From Octopus sinensis (Eukaryota), in contig NC_043013.1 in assembly GCF_006345805.1 (NCBI RefSeq), positions 44,268,001-44,332,000 of the forward strand: a stretch of DNA of 64,000 nucleotides, written 5' to 3'. The position numbers and the translations under genes were made by a program. Positions 26,172 through 38,664 of the stretch are shown here, in pieces (positions within the stretch are counted from its first letter, which is position 1; the number at the start of each line of letters is the position of its first letter). Under the pieces are notes generated by a model. The model ran no database searches and was not told the origin of the DNA. It saw only the letters and a program-made list of their open reading frames with translations.

Positions 26172-26203
<32 letters not shown>

Positions 26204-26205
26204 TG
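24933..26205. repeat. ~1.27-kb compound (TA/TACA) microsatellite
   Basis: Continuous degenerate ATATAC/ATAC repeats; source of the YI/MY-rich ORFs. Confidence 0.95.
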
Positions 26206-26278
26206 TATACTTATATATTATGTCTCATTTATCCACTATATTATTCAATGGTATATTGCAAGACTACACACAGACAAG

Positions 26279-26309
<31 letters not shown>

Positions 26310-26852
26310 AGCATAAACACACATGTATATAGAGAGAGCACTAAAAGGAACAAAAGTTTGATAAAAAAATATTTATTGCCATCTTTGCTCTAAAATAACC
26401 TTTGAGTTCTAAGACCCCACAAAACCCATCTGGGTTGAATGTACAAATTCAATTCAGCTACAGTGTAAAGTATTTGTGCTCAAATGACGCAGCTGGATCA
26501 CAGGCAGTCTGACACAGAAGGATTTCATATGTGGCAGACCTAAGGGCAGGAATGAATTCAGTGCAAACTCATTTTCCAAAATTTTTTACAAAATCGATTT
26601 TGTTTTTCTCTATCTAATATGAAAACAAACACAAAGTCAGTGAGCTGGCAGAATTGTTAGCACAAAATGCTCAGCGGTAAAATGCTTAGCGGCATTTTGG
26701 TCTTACATTTTGAGTTGAAATTCTGCCAAGGTCGACTTTGCCTTTCATCCTTTATGAGATGATAAAATAAGTAACTGTTGAACACTGGGGTCATGTAATC
26801 GACTTACACCCTCTGTGCCAAAATTTGAAACCAATATCAAAACAAACACAGG

Positions 26853-26887
<35 letters not shown>

Positions 26888-26896
26888 TAATAATAA

Positions 26897-27180
26897 TTTA
26901 CCTCTGGAAACATGGGTGTTTCATTCAACAGCCTTAAACAATCCTTATTCAGGGACCTTTTGAGCGGGATGGGTTACTCAATCTGAAGAAAATTCTAACT
27001 GGGCCCCACCTGCAAGGTCATGTGCTGTTTATCTTGATATGAGATCCCCATGTCGCGCACACATGGTTGTGATGCATGTGCCTAGTGTACCCTTATCAGA
27101 CGGGTAGTCATGATGGGTATACTGGGCTTCGTATATTTTACCCCAGTGTCACTTTGATGGCATGCACTGCTCTCTCACTC
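26897..27180 (+). mobile_element. Probable non-LTR retroelement 3' end embedded in (AAT)n (R4/Dong-like)
   Basis: Unique ~280-bp segment flanked by (AAT)n at 26853-26896 and 27181-27232; clade assignment rests only on the known TAA-targeting of Dong. Confidence 0.45.
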
Positions 27181-27234
<54 letters not shown>

Positions 27235-27305
27235 CTCTCTGTTTTAAAGTGATTTGAATTTAAATCTGTTGATGATAATGGTGGTGGTTGTGGTGGTGGT
27301 GGTAG

Positions 27306-27336
<31 letters not shown>

Positions 27337-28012
27337 AATGGTGGTGGTGGTGATGATGATATATAATATATACATATTGGGTAAATATTTCCATTACAAC
27401 TTAACATCTGGCTGTATCTGACTTGTACACAGTGCCTTGGCTTGACATGTTAAAAATATTAGCCAAATCTATCTGAAGATAACTGATGGACCCATTGGAT
27501 AATGTAGTTCCATGTACACCATGTTTCAACATCAGAAGGCCATTCTTTTGAACAAAAATCACTTTCATCAGAGTTTACCTAAACTAGCAAAAACAACAAC
27601 AACCATCATAAACATCATTCACAAGTGAGTATGACCTGATAGCATGTACCATGCTTTCACTAATTGTTTTAGGAGCCTGTATAATTATGAGCAGACACAG
27701 ATACCTTCTTGACTCATCAAGTTGTGATCCAGTGGCACTTCCAGGATGTGACAGAAAGAGTGAGAAAGGACTAAGTCAGCACTCAGCTGGTACTCTTTTA
27801 CAGGTGAGTAAATTGGAGGTACATGAAATGAAATACCTTGCTAGACTAAGTGACACAAGAACACACCACCCAGTCCAGGAAATGAATCCATGATTTTAGG
27901 ATTAAGAGGGTAACACCCTACTAGGCCACATGCCTTCATAACAACAGTAACTATAACTGGCACTCTATCGGTTACAACAAGGGTTCCAGCTGATCTACTT
28001 AATGGAAGAGAC

Positions 28013-28396
28013 TCTTTTACTTGTTTCAGTCATTTGACTGTGGCCATGCTGGAGCACCACCTTTAGTCTAGCAAATCTACCCCAGGACTTATTCTCTGTA
28101 AGCCTACTACTTATTCTATCGGCCTCTTTTGCCAAACCACTAAGTTACAGGGATGTAAACACACCAGCATCCATTGTCAAGTGATGGGGGGGGGGCAAAC
28201 ACACAAACATACATACATATATATACATATACACAATGGGCTTCTTTCAGTTTCTGTCTACCAAATCCACTCACTAGGCTTTGGTCGGCCCGAGGCTTTA
28301 GTAGAAGACACTAGCCCAAGGTGCCAACAGTGGAGCTGAACCCGGAACCATGTGGTTGGTAAGCAAGCTACTTACCACACAGCCACTCCTGCACCA
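28013..28396 (-). mobile_element. SINE family B
   Basis: Full family B pattern ending CACACAGCCACTCCTGCACC. Confidence 0.85.
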
Positions 28397-28768
28397 TGAA
28401 ATTAACATGCGAGTAACTGTGCACTCCACAGACACGTGTATCCTTTAACTTAATTCTCAGGGCAATTCAGTGTGACACACAATGTGACAAAGCAGGTACA
28501 ACTCGTCTTTGCTAGCTGAGTGAACTGAAGCAACATGAAATAAAGTGTTGCTCAAGGACACAACAGGAGAGCCAGGTATCAAACTCATGACCTTACGACC
28601 ATGAGGCAAATACCCTGACCATTAAGTTATGCACCTTCACCGCAACAACAATACCAGCTGAAGCAAACAATTTTAGTGAAATCAAATTACTTTACTGATA
28701 AACAAATAATAACTAACAAGTTCTTCATGGAATAAAGAATTTAAGCAACGTCAACAACAGCAACATCA

Positions 28769-29140
28769 GGAGGCGAATGGCCCTGTGGTTAGGGCAGTGG
28801 ACTCGCGGTCGGAGGATCGCGGTTTCGATTCCCAGACCGATGTGTGTGTTTATCGAGCGAAAACACCTAAAGCCCCACGAGGCTCTGGCTGGGGGTGGTG
28901 GTGACCCCTGTTGAACTCTTTCGCTCCAACTTTCTCTCACTCTTTCTTCCTGTTTCTTGTCCCCGACTTCCTACGCAACCACTGAGCCTGGATGCGCATT
29001 CATCCATCGGTCGATGCTCTCTGTGTCGGGGGTTGGCTTGCTTTCTCTTCTGCGGGTCTTACGAATAGCAAAGGACCACTTTTCGGATTTCTCCCACTCT
29101 GGGACAAAGACCGCTTCGCTCAACAAACAAACAAACAGCA
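28769..29140 (+). mobile_element. tRNA-type SINE family D with (CAAA)n tail
   Basis: A-box TGGCCCTGTGG, B-box GGTTTCGATTCC, body shared with 34205-34501, distinct 3' tail ending CTCAACAAACAAACAAAC. Confidence 0.8.
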
Positions 29141-30397
29141 ACACCAACAATACTGACAGGTGGATGGTCTGTCTGTGAAATATAGTGGACTTTTCTTTCT
29201 ATACATATTTTTTTCTTATTTTTTTAAATGTTATTGCTGTTGTCATTTAACACCAGTTCAGCACTGATTTGGAATACATTTGACCAAAAGCATTCTGACC
29301 ATGGCCATCCTAACTTTTTTTTACTCATAATTTAGTTTACCCCAGATAACACTATCCAATGTGTCCTGCAGTTTTTTGTTGTTTTTTTTTTAAAATAAGG
29401 TAGCATCTGATTTGAAAGATATTTGGCTGCTATTTCTACCAGGTCAAGTGACCACATGGAAGCTGCTTCATTGGCTCTTATTCTAAGAAATAGCAGTAGC
29501 GGCTGACTAAGTTATTAGATTACCACATTCACCCCATGTACTCCCACACTTTCCACCCCTTATCCTCCTACACACATATCAATGGGCCATAGACTGCATG
29601 GATGTCTGTAAATTAATATGAAGGGTGTACTGAGATGCCGGCTATTGCTAGACAAGGAAGCAAAGAACCAAAAAAAAATAAAGAAGAAAAATCTAGAATT
29701 TTTGAAATCTATTGGTAATCTGCAGTTTTTGCCAAAAAGAAAAAAATTAAAATGGCTAATGAAATTCTGCAAAATACGATAAGGGTAGCCTTTGTTCCAA
29801 AACAACCGAATTCACCTATCCTCTTTGTATATAAACTCGCATATATTTTATAAACTAATTATAGTATTATTTTGTATACTAATGGATGGACTGTAGACTA
29901 AAGAACTGAATGAAGTAATACTTTACATTAACACACTCGAATATATATACATATACATACACTCAGAATCACACATAGACATACACACACACACATATGT
30001 GCACACATACACAACATACCATAGAAAAAGATATAAGCTGTGGTAACTAAGAATTTGCAGGAGCTAAGTCCATGAACCTGGACATAAATTCGAAAACGTA
30101 CTGGTTCTACACATGTTAAAAATTTATATGAAGTAGTAGGGCAGCTAAGATAACAGAAGATATCAATGAATAGAAGAAAATAAAATGGAGGAATCAGGTT
30201 CTCTCAAAGAACCCCATCAACACAGCCACCACCATTGCCATCAGTGAAAACTGTAAACATTCTTCACGCTAAAATTATTAACATTATTCCATTTTCTACA
30301 TAATTTGCAAAAGCTACCATTTACTGATTTTCATGTATTTTTTTCATCATGTTTATATTTTCATCATGTTTATATTTATTTCTTTTTGTTATTGCTT

Positions 30398-30618
30398 TTT
30401 TACTTGTTTCAGTCATTTGACTGCGGCCATGCTGGAGCACCAACTTTTTAGTCGAGCAAATCGACCCCCAGGACTTATTCTTTGTAAGCCTAGTACTTAT
30501 TCTATCTTTTGCCAAACCGCTAAGTTACGGAGACGTAAACACACCAGCATCGGTTGTCAAGCGATGTTGGGGGGACAAACACAGACACACAAACATACAC
30601 ACACACACACATATATAA

Positions 30619-30654
<36 letters not shown>

Positions 30655-30942
30655 CTAAATAAGGGTAGAAACACATTCTCCGTGGAAAATGGCGATTTTG
30701 ACATCTATATGTAGCATACAGGCTGTCCACTTTCAGTGGTCAATCCTCTAAATTTTATATATATATACATATATACGACAGGCTTCTTTCAAGTTGCCGT
30801 CTACCAAATCTACTCAAAAGGCTTTGGTCAGCCCGAGGCTATAGTAGAAGACACTTGTCCAAGGTGCCACGCAGTGGGACTGAACCCAGGACCATGAGGT
30901 TGGTAAGCAAGGTACTTACCACACAGCCACTCCTATGCCTAT
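30398..30942 (-). mobile_element. SINE family B with ~110-bp insert in its TA tract
   Basis: Family B tail at 30398 and head ending about 30942; unrelated segment 30655-30755. Confidence 0.75.
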
Positions 30943-30948
30943 ATTTAA

Positions 30949-31165
30949 CCCTTTTGACACTAACCTGCTGGGATTGCCCCTGATCCAATGAAACAAACTT
31001 CATATTTTAAAGTGATCTAAATTAAAAATTTCCATTGAAATTTTAAGTTAATTTCTTTCAAGCACCTGCTTAATAATTACAAAGTTATTTTACTAATTTT
31101 TTTTCATTATTTTTGAAATAATTTGAAGCAAAAATGGTGTATTTCAACAGAAGTATAGAAAAGGG
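30949..31165. mobile_element. piggyBac-like MITE
   Basis: TTAA-CCCTTTT ... AAAAGGG-TTAA. Confidence 0.75.
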
Positions 31166-31241
31166 TTAAAATAAAATATTGTGTGTAGTATTGAATAAGT
31201 GAGTATAAAACTTTTTACATGTAAGTGCTTGTATATATATA

Positions 31242-31284
<43 letters not shown>

Positions 31285-31377
31285 TATAGGAGAGTTTACA
31301 AAAAAAAACAAAAGACGAAGACAGGTGATGTACAAACAAACAGATGTATTAGTATAATGCTCAGGAATAGAAAAAGT

Positions 31378-31413
31378 CTTTTACGTTTCGAGCCTATGCT
31401 CTTCTACAGAAAG
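31378..31413 (-). ncRNA. Minimal hammerhead variant (core CUGUAGA)
   Basis: Minus CTTT-CTGTAGA-A-GAGC(ATAG)GCTC-GAAA-CG-TA|AAAG in a ~170-bp TA-flanked element (about 31284-31452). Confidence 0.6.
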
Positions 31414-32814
31414 GGACACAGAAAAAACAAGGAGAGAAAAAAAAATGTGTAATATATATAGAGTTCTATATGTATGTATGTATATACTGGATGTATATAT
31501 GTGTGTTAAGTACAAGATATATTATCCTCATAAAGGGATGATTACATTCAAGAAAATACTGGTTCAATACCAAATAAGTTTTTGGAAAATAAAATTTGCC
31601 TAAATCAGTAGGTGTATATTATGCATATAATCCATATTTGCTTAATAGCAGAAAAGAAAAGGGAGAGTTGAAAGTTAAAGCGAATACAGATTATATATAT
31701 AGGATTCTATATGTATGTGTGTATATAGAGACAGGCAGACAAACAGAGTTCTATATATATATATTTCTTTACTACCCACAAGGGGCTAAACACAGAGGGG
31801 ACAAGCAAGGACAGACAAAGGGATTAAGTCAATTACATCGACCCCAGTGCGTAACTGGTACTTAATTTATGACCCCGAAATGATGAAAGGCAAAGTCGAC
31901 CTTGGCGGAGAGTTCTATGTGTGTGTGTATGTATGTATGTATGTATGAGAGCATCAGTGTGTGCTAGGGCTGGCCCAGGAGCATGGCCCTAACTTTTGTG
32001 ATACCAATCTGTCTGACATTGCCCCAGGTTCAATGATACTTTCTACTTTTAAAATAATTGAAATTATAACTTTATTTTATTTTTTTTTTTTATTTATCTA
32101 GTTTCAGCTCACTAGCTGTGGCCATGCTGGGGCACCGCCTCTAATAAATGTTTCAAACCCCCAAGTTTAACAATGATAAAATTATTTTTATTAATTCTTC
32201 ATTCTTTTCAAAATCTATTGAAACTAAAAGTAGAGTAATTCAAGGAAAATATGGTAGCAAAAAGGTTAATGGGGAGGAGGTGCAAAATTTAATTTCAAGG
32301 AAGTCCTGTGCTTTTTAACAGTCTGTAGCAATATGGCTTAAAGAGCCACGGATAAACCAAAGTTTATAGTTTGAAATAAATAATACAAAATAAAGTGTCA
32401 GATTATTGCGCATGTGTGGATTTCATGCACACATTTTCTCATAATGTTCTTAATAATACATATTTTTTTAATGAAATTACACACTGATACATTTTTAAAT
32501 TATGACTATGTTGATAAAATTAATTCACACATGTGGAATAATTAGATGCTTTATTTTCCAGTTTTAATTTAGACAATAAACTCTAGGATATCCAGAACCC
32601 ATTTCAGTTGTGAAATTTTCTATATAGACTAAAGAAGGCCTTCAACAATCAACAATATTATTTTGAGAAGAAGAAGAAAAAAAATGTTAACATCTGTTCA
32701 ATTAATTGGAGAATTTTTGAAAATATAAACATATAGTCAAAGTGTTCAGTAATGCAGAATTGAGAATTCTCATAATTAAATGAAACAAGTTTTATATGCT
32801 CTTTTTTAAGCAAC

Positions 32815-33010
32815 TGTTTTCATGATTTTACTGGAGTCAGTTCTCATCGTAAGCTTCCTCTCAATGCTAAGGACATCTGTGGCATTCAGTCATTTCTGTG
32901 TCATTGTGCTCCTCAAGAAGTTCTCAAGCTTTAATTTGTTGAAAGATCTCTCACCAGATGCTACCTTAACTGGCAATGTTTACCGTACAAGTACATGCAC
33001 TTTGGGAAAT
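32815..33010 (-). pseudogene. hAT transposase dimerisation-domain relic
   Basis: FPKVHVLVR*TLPVKVASGERSFNKLKLENFLRSTMTQK*LNATDVLSIE. Confidence 0.75.
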
Positions 33011-33165
33011 GTACAAGTTAAATAACTTAAGCATTTTTATCGTATTTAAAAGTTGATGTGGCCCTATATTTTTATAAAACTGTGATGCATGTATCTCCTC
33101 TTGCATAGATATTGGAAGATATTTTGAGTTTGATAATCTTGCAGATATCTTACTTCAATATTGCC

Positions 33166-33325
33166 TCAGGCACAGGAGTGGCTGTGTGGTAAGTAGTTTA
33201 CTTCCCTACTGCATGGTTCTGGGTTCATTCCCACTGCGTGGCACCTTGGGCAAGTGTCTTCTACTATAGCCTCAGGCCAACCAAAGCCTTGTGAGTCAAT
33301 TTGGTAGATAGAAGCCCATCGTATA

Positions 33326-33358
<33 letters not shown>

Positions 33359-33598
33359 GTATCTATGTATGTATGTATGTGTGTATATGTTTGTGTGTCT
33401 GTGTTTGTCCCCCAAACATCGCTTGACAACCGATGCTGGTGTGTTTACGTCCCTGTAACTTAGCGGTTCGGCAAAAGAGACCGATAGAATAAGTACTAGG
33501 CTTACAAAGAATAAATCCTGGGATCGATTTGTTCAACTAAAGGCAGTACTCCAGCATGGCCGCAGTCAAATGACTGAAACAATTAAAAGAGTAAAAGA
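33166..33598 (+). mobile_element. SINE family B, full length
   Basis: Head GGCACAGGAGTGGCTGTGTGGTAAG...GGGTTCATTCC; tail GACTGAAACAATTAAAAGAGTAAAAGAG. Confidence 0.85.
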
Positions 33599-33689
33599 GG
33601 ATGTAAAACAGTCTTTTGATTATGTCTGCTACATCAAAACACTTTGATGCTCCCCAATCGCTTTGAAAATATTATTTCGGACTCTAATT

Positions 33690-33890
33690 TTCAAAATTCT
33701 TGTAGTGAATTTATATGTGCTCAACATTACTCCAACTTCTCAAAGAATGCAATAAAAATCCTGCTTCCATTTAGCTCAACGTATGTGAAAAAGGATTTTC
33801 TCTTTTAACAAGTACATAAACAGTGGAAGCGATATGCAACTGATCTTCTCTAGTATTTCAACATGGAATCATTTGTCAATAAACATGACT
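33690..33890 (+). pseudogene. hAT-Charlie transposase C-terminal relic
   Basis: HYSNFSKNAIKILLPFSSTYV then frameshifted KGFSLLT. Confidence 0.6.
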
Positions 33891-34204
33891 AGAATTATTA
33901 TGAGTTCATATTTCAGTGTTTATTTTACTTTTAGTTAAATTATGTATATTGTACTTCCACTTTTCAAAATTGTCCAAAATCATGGCAAAAAAAGGAGATA
34001 CAAACACTTTACTTTGTATTCTTATTGATAAAGGAGAGAGGCAAATAAAATGTTCTCTGGGATAGGTCAGTTGAAGTCAAAACTGCTAGGTTAGACTAGG
34101 CAAAAGTGTATGATACCTTTAATTGGTTAAATGGTTTGTAATGTGGTGAGTTACACAATTGGTTACATGATTGGCAATGTTATTGATAAACGATAAACAT
34201 CGCC

Positions 34205-34501
34205 CTTTTCAAGCCTAGCCAGGCTCATGGGCCCAGTTTCCCGGTTTCTGTGGCGTATGTGTTCCCCCCAGCTGGACGGAACACCAGTCCATCACAGCGT
34301 TACTCAAGAAACAGGAAGAGAGAGTGGGAGAAAGTTGGGACGGAAGAGTACAACAGGGATCACCACCACCCCCTGCCAGAGCCTCATGGAGCTTTAGGTG
34401 TTTTCGTTCAATAAACATACACAACAACCGGTCTGGGAATTGAAACCGCGATCCTCCAACCGTGAGTCTGCTGGCCTAACCACTGGGCCATTGCGCCTCC
34501 A
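34205..34501 (-). mobile_element. SINE family D with alternative 3' tail
   Basis: Head GGAGGCGCAATGGCCCAGTGG; tail ...GGCCCATGAGCCTGGCTAGGCTTGAAAAGGG. Confidence 0.85.
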
Positions 34502-34939
34502 CAATGTTATTGATGCTGTCCATTAATATTGATAGACCTAATCATGTGATAGTAGTTAGTGATGGTAGCATCGGATTTTTATTATAGACACCAACTAGCT
34601 GCTCTGCATTGGGCTGATGAAGTGATTAGCAATGTTTTCATTCTTCTTGACAGGTTTTGTTTCAAACAGTTTACTCACCCTTTATAGTGTTGACAGGACA
34701 TCTGATTGTTTTAATAGTATCATAGTGTTAAAAAAAGATGTATTGAAAAGGCAATTTTTGCACAAAGTATTAGTTGGATTTTGAGTAATATGTTGGAACA
34801 AGTTCTGTTATATAAGATGCCACAACATAAGCTAGATAGTAGAGATTGAGACTAATCAAGTGACAGCTACTATATTAGTTCTGATATATTCATAGACCCT
34901 TTAGTGTACATGTGCTCCACGTCACTTGCCAATAAAACA

Positions 34940-35170
34940 GCAGCAAAAGAAGTATCTAGCCAAGAATAAACCCCTGGCATTTATTGACTTGAGAAGGCCT
35001 TTGACAGGGTTCTCTGCTCTTTGATCTGGTAGTCACTTAGGAAGCTTAGAGGCTTCTTAGAGTTAGTAATGAGTATGTTGATGAATCCACTATGAAGATA
35101 GGATGCACCTTGGCTCTGTCTCGAGCCCCTTTCAGTTCATCTGTAGTAGAACTGAAGAAGAAATTCCATA
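34940..35170 (+). pseudogene. RTE reverse-transcriptase relic
   Basis: KKYLAKNKPLAFIDL(E)KAFDRV-like motif with frameshifts. Confidence 0.5.
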
Positions 35171-35202
35171 CATGAAAAAAAAAACCCTGATATTTATTGT
35201 TT

Positions 35203-35583
35203 TGTTTGTTTCAGTCATTTGACTGTGGCCATTCTGGAGCACTGCCTTTAGTCGAACAAATCGACCCCAGCACTTATTCTTTGTAAGCCTAGTACTTATT
35301 CTATCAGTCTCTTTTACCAAACTGCTAAGTGACGGGGACGTAAACACCAACATCAGTTGTCAAACGATGGTGTGGGGACAAACACAAACACAAACACACA
35401 CACACACACACACACACACATATGACGGGCTTCTTTCAGTTTCTGTCAGGCAAACCTATTCACAAGGCTTTGGTCAGCCCAAGGCTATAGTAGAAGAAAC
35501 TTGCTCAAGATGCCATGCAGTGGAACTGAACCCAGAACCATAAGGTTGTGAAGCAAGCTTCTTAACACACAGCCACTCCTACG

Positions 35584-35587
<4 letters not shown>
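35203..35587 (-). mobile_element. SINE family B
   Basis: Family B pattern with (CA)n centre. Confidence 0.85.
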
Positions 35588-35627
<40 letters not shown>

Positions 35628-35729
35628 TATATAACGGGAAGCTTTATGAAAATAAACAAAAGACGAAGGCAGGTGGAATACAAACAAACAATTGTATTAG
35701 TATGGCGCTCAGGATATAAATAAAACAAG

Positions 35730-35767
35730 TCTTTTACGTTTCGAGCCTACGCTCTTCTACAGAAAGA
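35730..35767 (-). ncRNA. Minimal hammerhead variant (core CUGUAGA)
   Basis: Minus TCTTT-CTGTAGA-A-GAGC(GTAG)GCTC-GAAA-CG-TA|AAAGA in a TA-flanked element (about 35632-35842). Confidence 0.6.
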
Positions 35768-35839
35768 TACACAGAAAGAAACACAGAAAGAAACAAGGAG
35801 AGAAAAAAAATGAGTGCAGAGGCTAGCAAATCAACATGG

Positions 35840-35889
<50 letters not shown>

Positions 35890-36801
35890 CGTAGGATCAA
35901 ATGTATATCATTGGTCTTTTGATAGCGTCTAATCACATCCCTGTTATTTGCTCCTCACTTGCCCTTCCCAATCTCACTGAACTAACTTATTGATGTGATT
36001 AAGTATGGCAGTGGGTCACCTGCTTCTGTCCACCATACATTGCCTCCAGTGTAACTAAAGATATGTCTACACCTATATCACCTTGCCAACTGTACATCCC
36101 TTCCCTCGTCCCTACCATCTGTCTCGTTCATCTTAAGGCATATGCTGAGGGACCTCATCAGATACATATGTACTCTGCATGCTCTCATACTCACCCACTG
36201 TTGTTACTGACATCCATCATTCACCCTCACCATGCATCTATCTGCACCCTGTGCTGTTTGCTGTGTGCAACTAAGAGGCCCACCTTTAGTTTTGTCAAAG
36301 ACAAAACAATTTCCTAATGCTGGTGTCATGAGAAGATGAACCCAGTACAGACTGCATAGTGTTAGATAGAGCATCCAACCATAGAAACCAAGTCAAAATT
36401 TGTAATTTACAAGTGCGAATTCCTTTGTCTCATGTAGGAGTACAGAAGTGATCTATTAAACAATGGCAGCATGAAAAATACACATAAATTGATGCTCACA
36501 CACACACACACACACACACACCACACACACACACATATATATATATATAGATATATAAATATATGTGCATACATACATATATATGTCTAGGACACCACAG
36601 AACATAAACATGAAATATGAAAATATGGAATACAAACTTTTTTTGCCCAAACTACTGGGCCATTGCACCTCCATTTGTTTTATTTATATTTCCTGAGCGC
36701 CATACTAATACATTGTTTGTTTGTATTCCACCTGCCTTCGTCTTTTGTTTATTTCCGTAAACCTGCCTTCGTCTTTTGTCTATTTTCATAAAGCTTCCCG
36801 T

Positions 36802-36841
<40 letters not shown>

Positions 36842-37032
36842 TATATAAAGAAATGATCCTCATAAGAATGAATTCATTAAAGAGAGATCATCAAATGTCA
36901 CCACATATAATGAAATGAAGCAGATTTAGATGTTAATTATAGATTTTTCATTTATTCAATTATCCCAGACAGCTGTTTCTGTTAAAAAGACCATGATATA
37001 ATAAAAAAAAAATAATGCATATTATTATCATA

Positions 37033-37826
37033 CTAGCAGCATAGCCCGGCGTTGCCCGGGTATGTAAGAGCCCCTAGTAGGCAACGACTAATCCCAATCT
37101 AGTCCTTTCCCTCTAGGGAACGAAGGCGCATGTGTAGGTTGCAATGTCTTCTCTTCACTCCCAAATAACTATCAAACAGCTATCGATAATTCAACCTAAC
37201 CAATTCCTACCAGGAAGAAATTACATTCGAGACTTTACCCCCAACACTTCTGCTAATAGCTGCTGCAACCGCAAGTTATTCGAATACTTTTTTTGTTTAC
37301 ACTTTCTTTATAACTACCACCCCAAACATTTTACCTTAAATTTTTGACGTACCCTAAGGGTCCTCAGACGCTACTTGCCAACTCTTGGTTTATTATAAAC
37401 CGCTTTTGTCGTGTGTACCAAAAAAACCTTTTCCATTCGTTTGTTCAGTTTGGTCACTTTTGACTTTTTCGTTGTTGTCACTCACATTGCTGCCCGCTTT
37501 TTTGCCGTTTTTGTACATTTTTACACATTTTGGGATACTTACCCCACGTGTTCCGAGAGTTAAAAAGGTCGAGTTTGGTCCCCTAGACAGTCTGTAGAAA
37601 ATGCGTTGCATATAAAAAGCTTAGATTCTCGACCCATGTCGAATTTATCGATTTTTTTTCAGAACTGGGGGAACTTTTCAAAATTTTGGCAGCATTAGTT
37701 TTGAATTATGACATTGGGCTACGTGTGTGTCAAGTTTCAGCAGAATCGGTTGAAAGCCGTGGTCAGGGTGAGGGTACAACCTGACAGACACACAGACAGA
37801 CAAACTGCCGTTTATATATAGAGAGA
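37033..37826 (-). mobile_element. Non-autonomous Helitron (794 bp)
   Basis: Minus A|TCTCTCTATATATAAAC start, hairpin CCCGGGCAACGCCGGG then CTAG|T end. Confidence 0.8.
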
Positions 37827-38029
37827 TAATGTCTTTTTGTACTAATTAGTAGATTATTAAAAACAATGTTTTGAATTTATTACCTTGACTATTTTTCTTT
37901 GTTATCATTATATTAGTTCTTCACACTAATGAAATGCAATTGAAGTCGGAGACTTAAATGCGTAACTTATATTTCTAATTTGTCTAATATTTACTATTAA
38001 CTAACTCTCTCCCTGCCATATCTAAATAA

Positions 38030-38080
<51 letters not shown>

Positions 38081-38082
<2 letters not shown>

Positions 38083-38622
38083 CCACTGATGAGATCCAGA
38101 TATTCGCAGCATAGAAGACACTTAGTAGTGCTGAAAATATTCAAACTTTGATTCCTTTGTCTTTACAAGAGTAAAGAATGGATATAAGAGGGATCAAGTT
38201 GAGCAGATATAGAGGCAATTATGTGGATAAACAAATAAGATATATTAAATAATATTTTCTATTTCATACTCAAACTATTAAATTTAATATATCTAATTTG
38301 TTTATCCACCTAATTGCCTCTCTCTCTCTCGCTCTCTCTTTCTATATAAATATATACATATATATATAAAAATAATGCACCCTTTTAAAGCCTAGCCAGG
38401 CTCATGGACCCGGTTTCCCAATTTCAATGGCGTATGGGTTCCGCAGCTGGATGGGATGCCAGTCCATTGCAGCGTTACTCATTTTTGCCAGCTGAGTGGA
38501 CTGGAGCAACATGAAATGAAGTGTTTTCCTCAAGAACACAACGCGTCGCCTGGTCCAGGAATCGAAACCACAATCTTACGATCATGATGATGACACCCTA
38601 ACCACTAAGCCACGTGCCTCTT

Positions 38623-38664
<42 letters not shown>

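Noticed and set aside
24827-26191. Long ORFs of 130-225 aa rich in Y/I/M/C/V (also 42141-42929, 47588-47858)
   Set aside because: Translations of TA/TG microsatellites; no coding signature
28769-28845. Bona fide tRNA genes at SINE heads
   Set aside because: A/B boxes are present but acceptor stems are not supported and each continues into a SINE body
29520-29655. Strong minus-strand polypyrimidine tract/AG as a possible exon
   Set aside because: All frames are closed and the donor is ambiguous; such tracts are common in this AT-rich DNA
33545-33598. SINE B tail CAGTCAAATGACTGAAACAA-TA resembles a hammerhead 3' half
   Set aside because: No CUGANGA or helix I partner upstream; better explained as a LINE-derived 3' stem-loop
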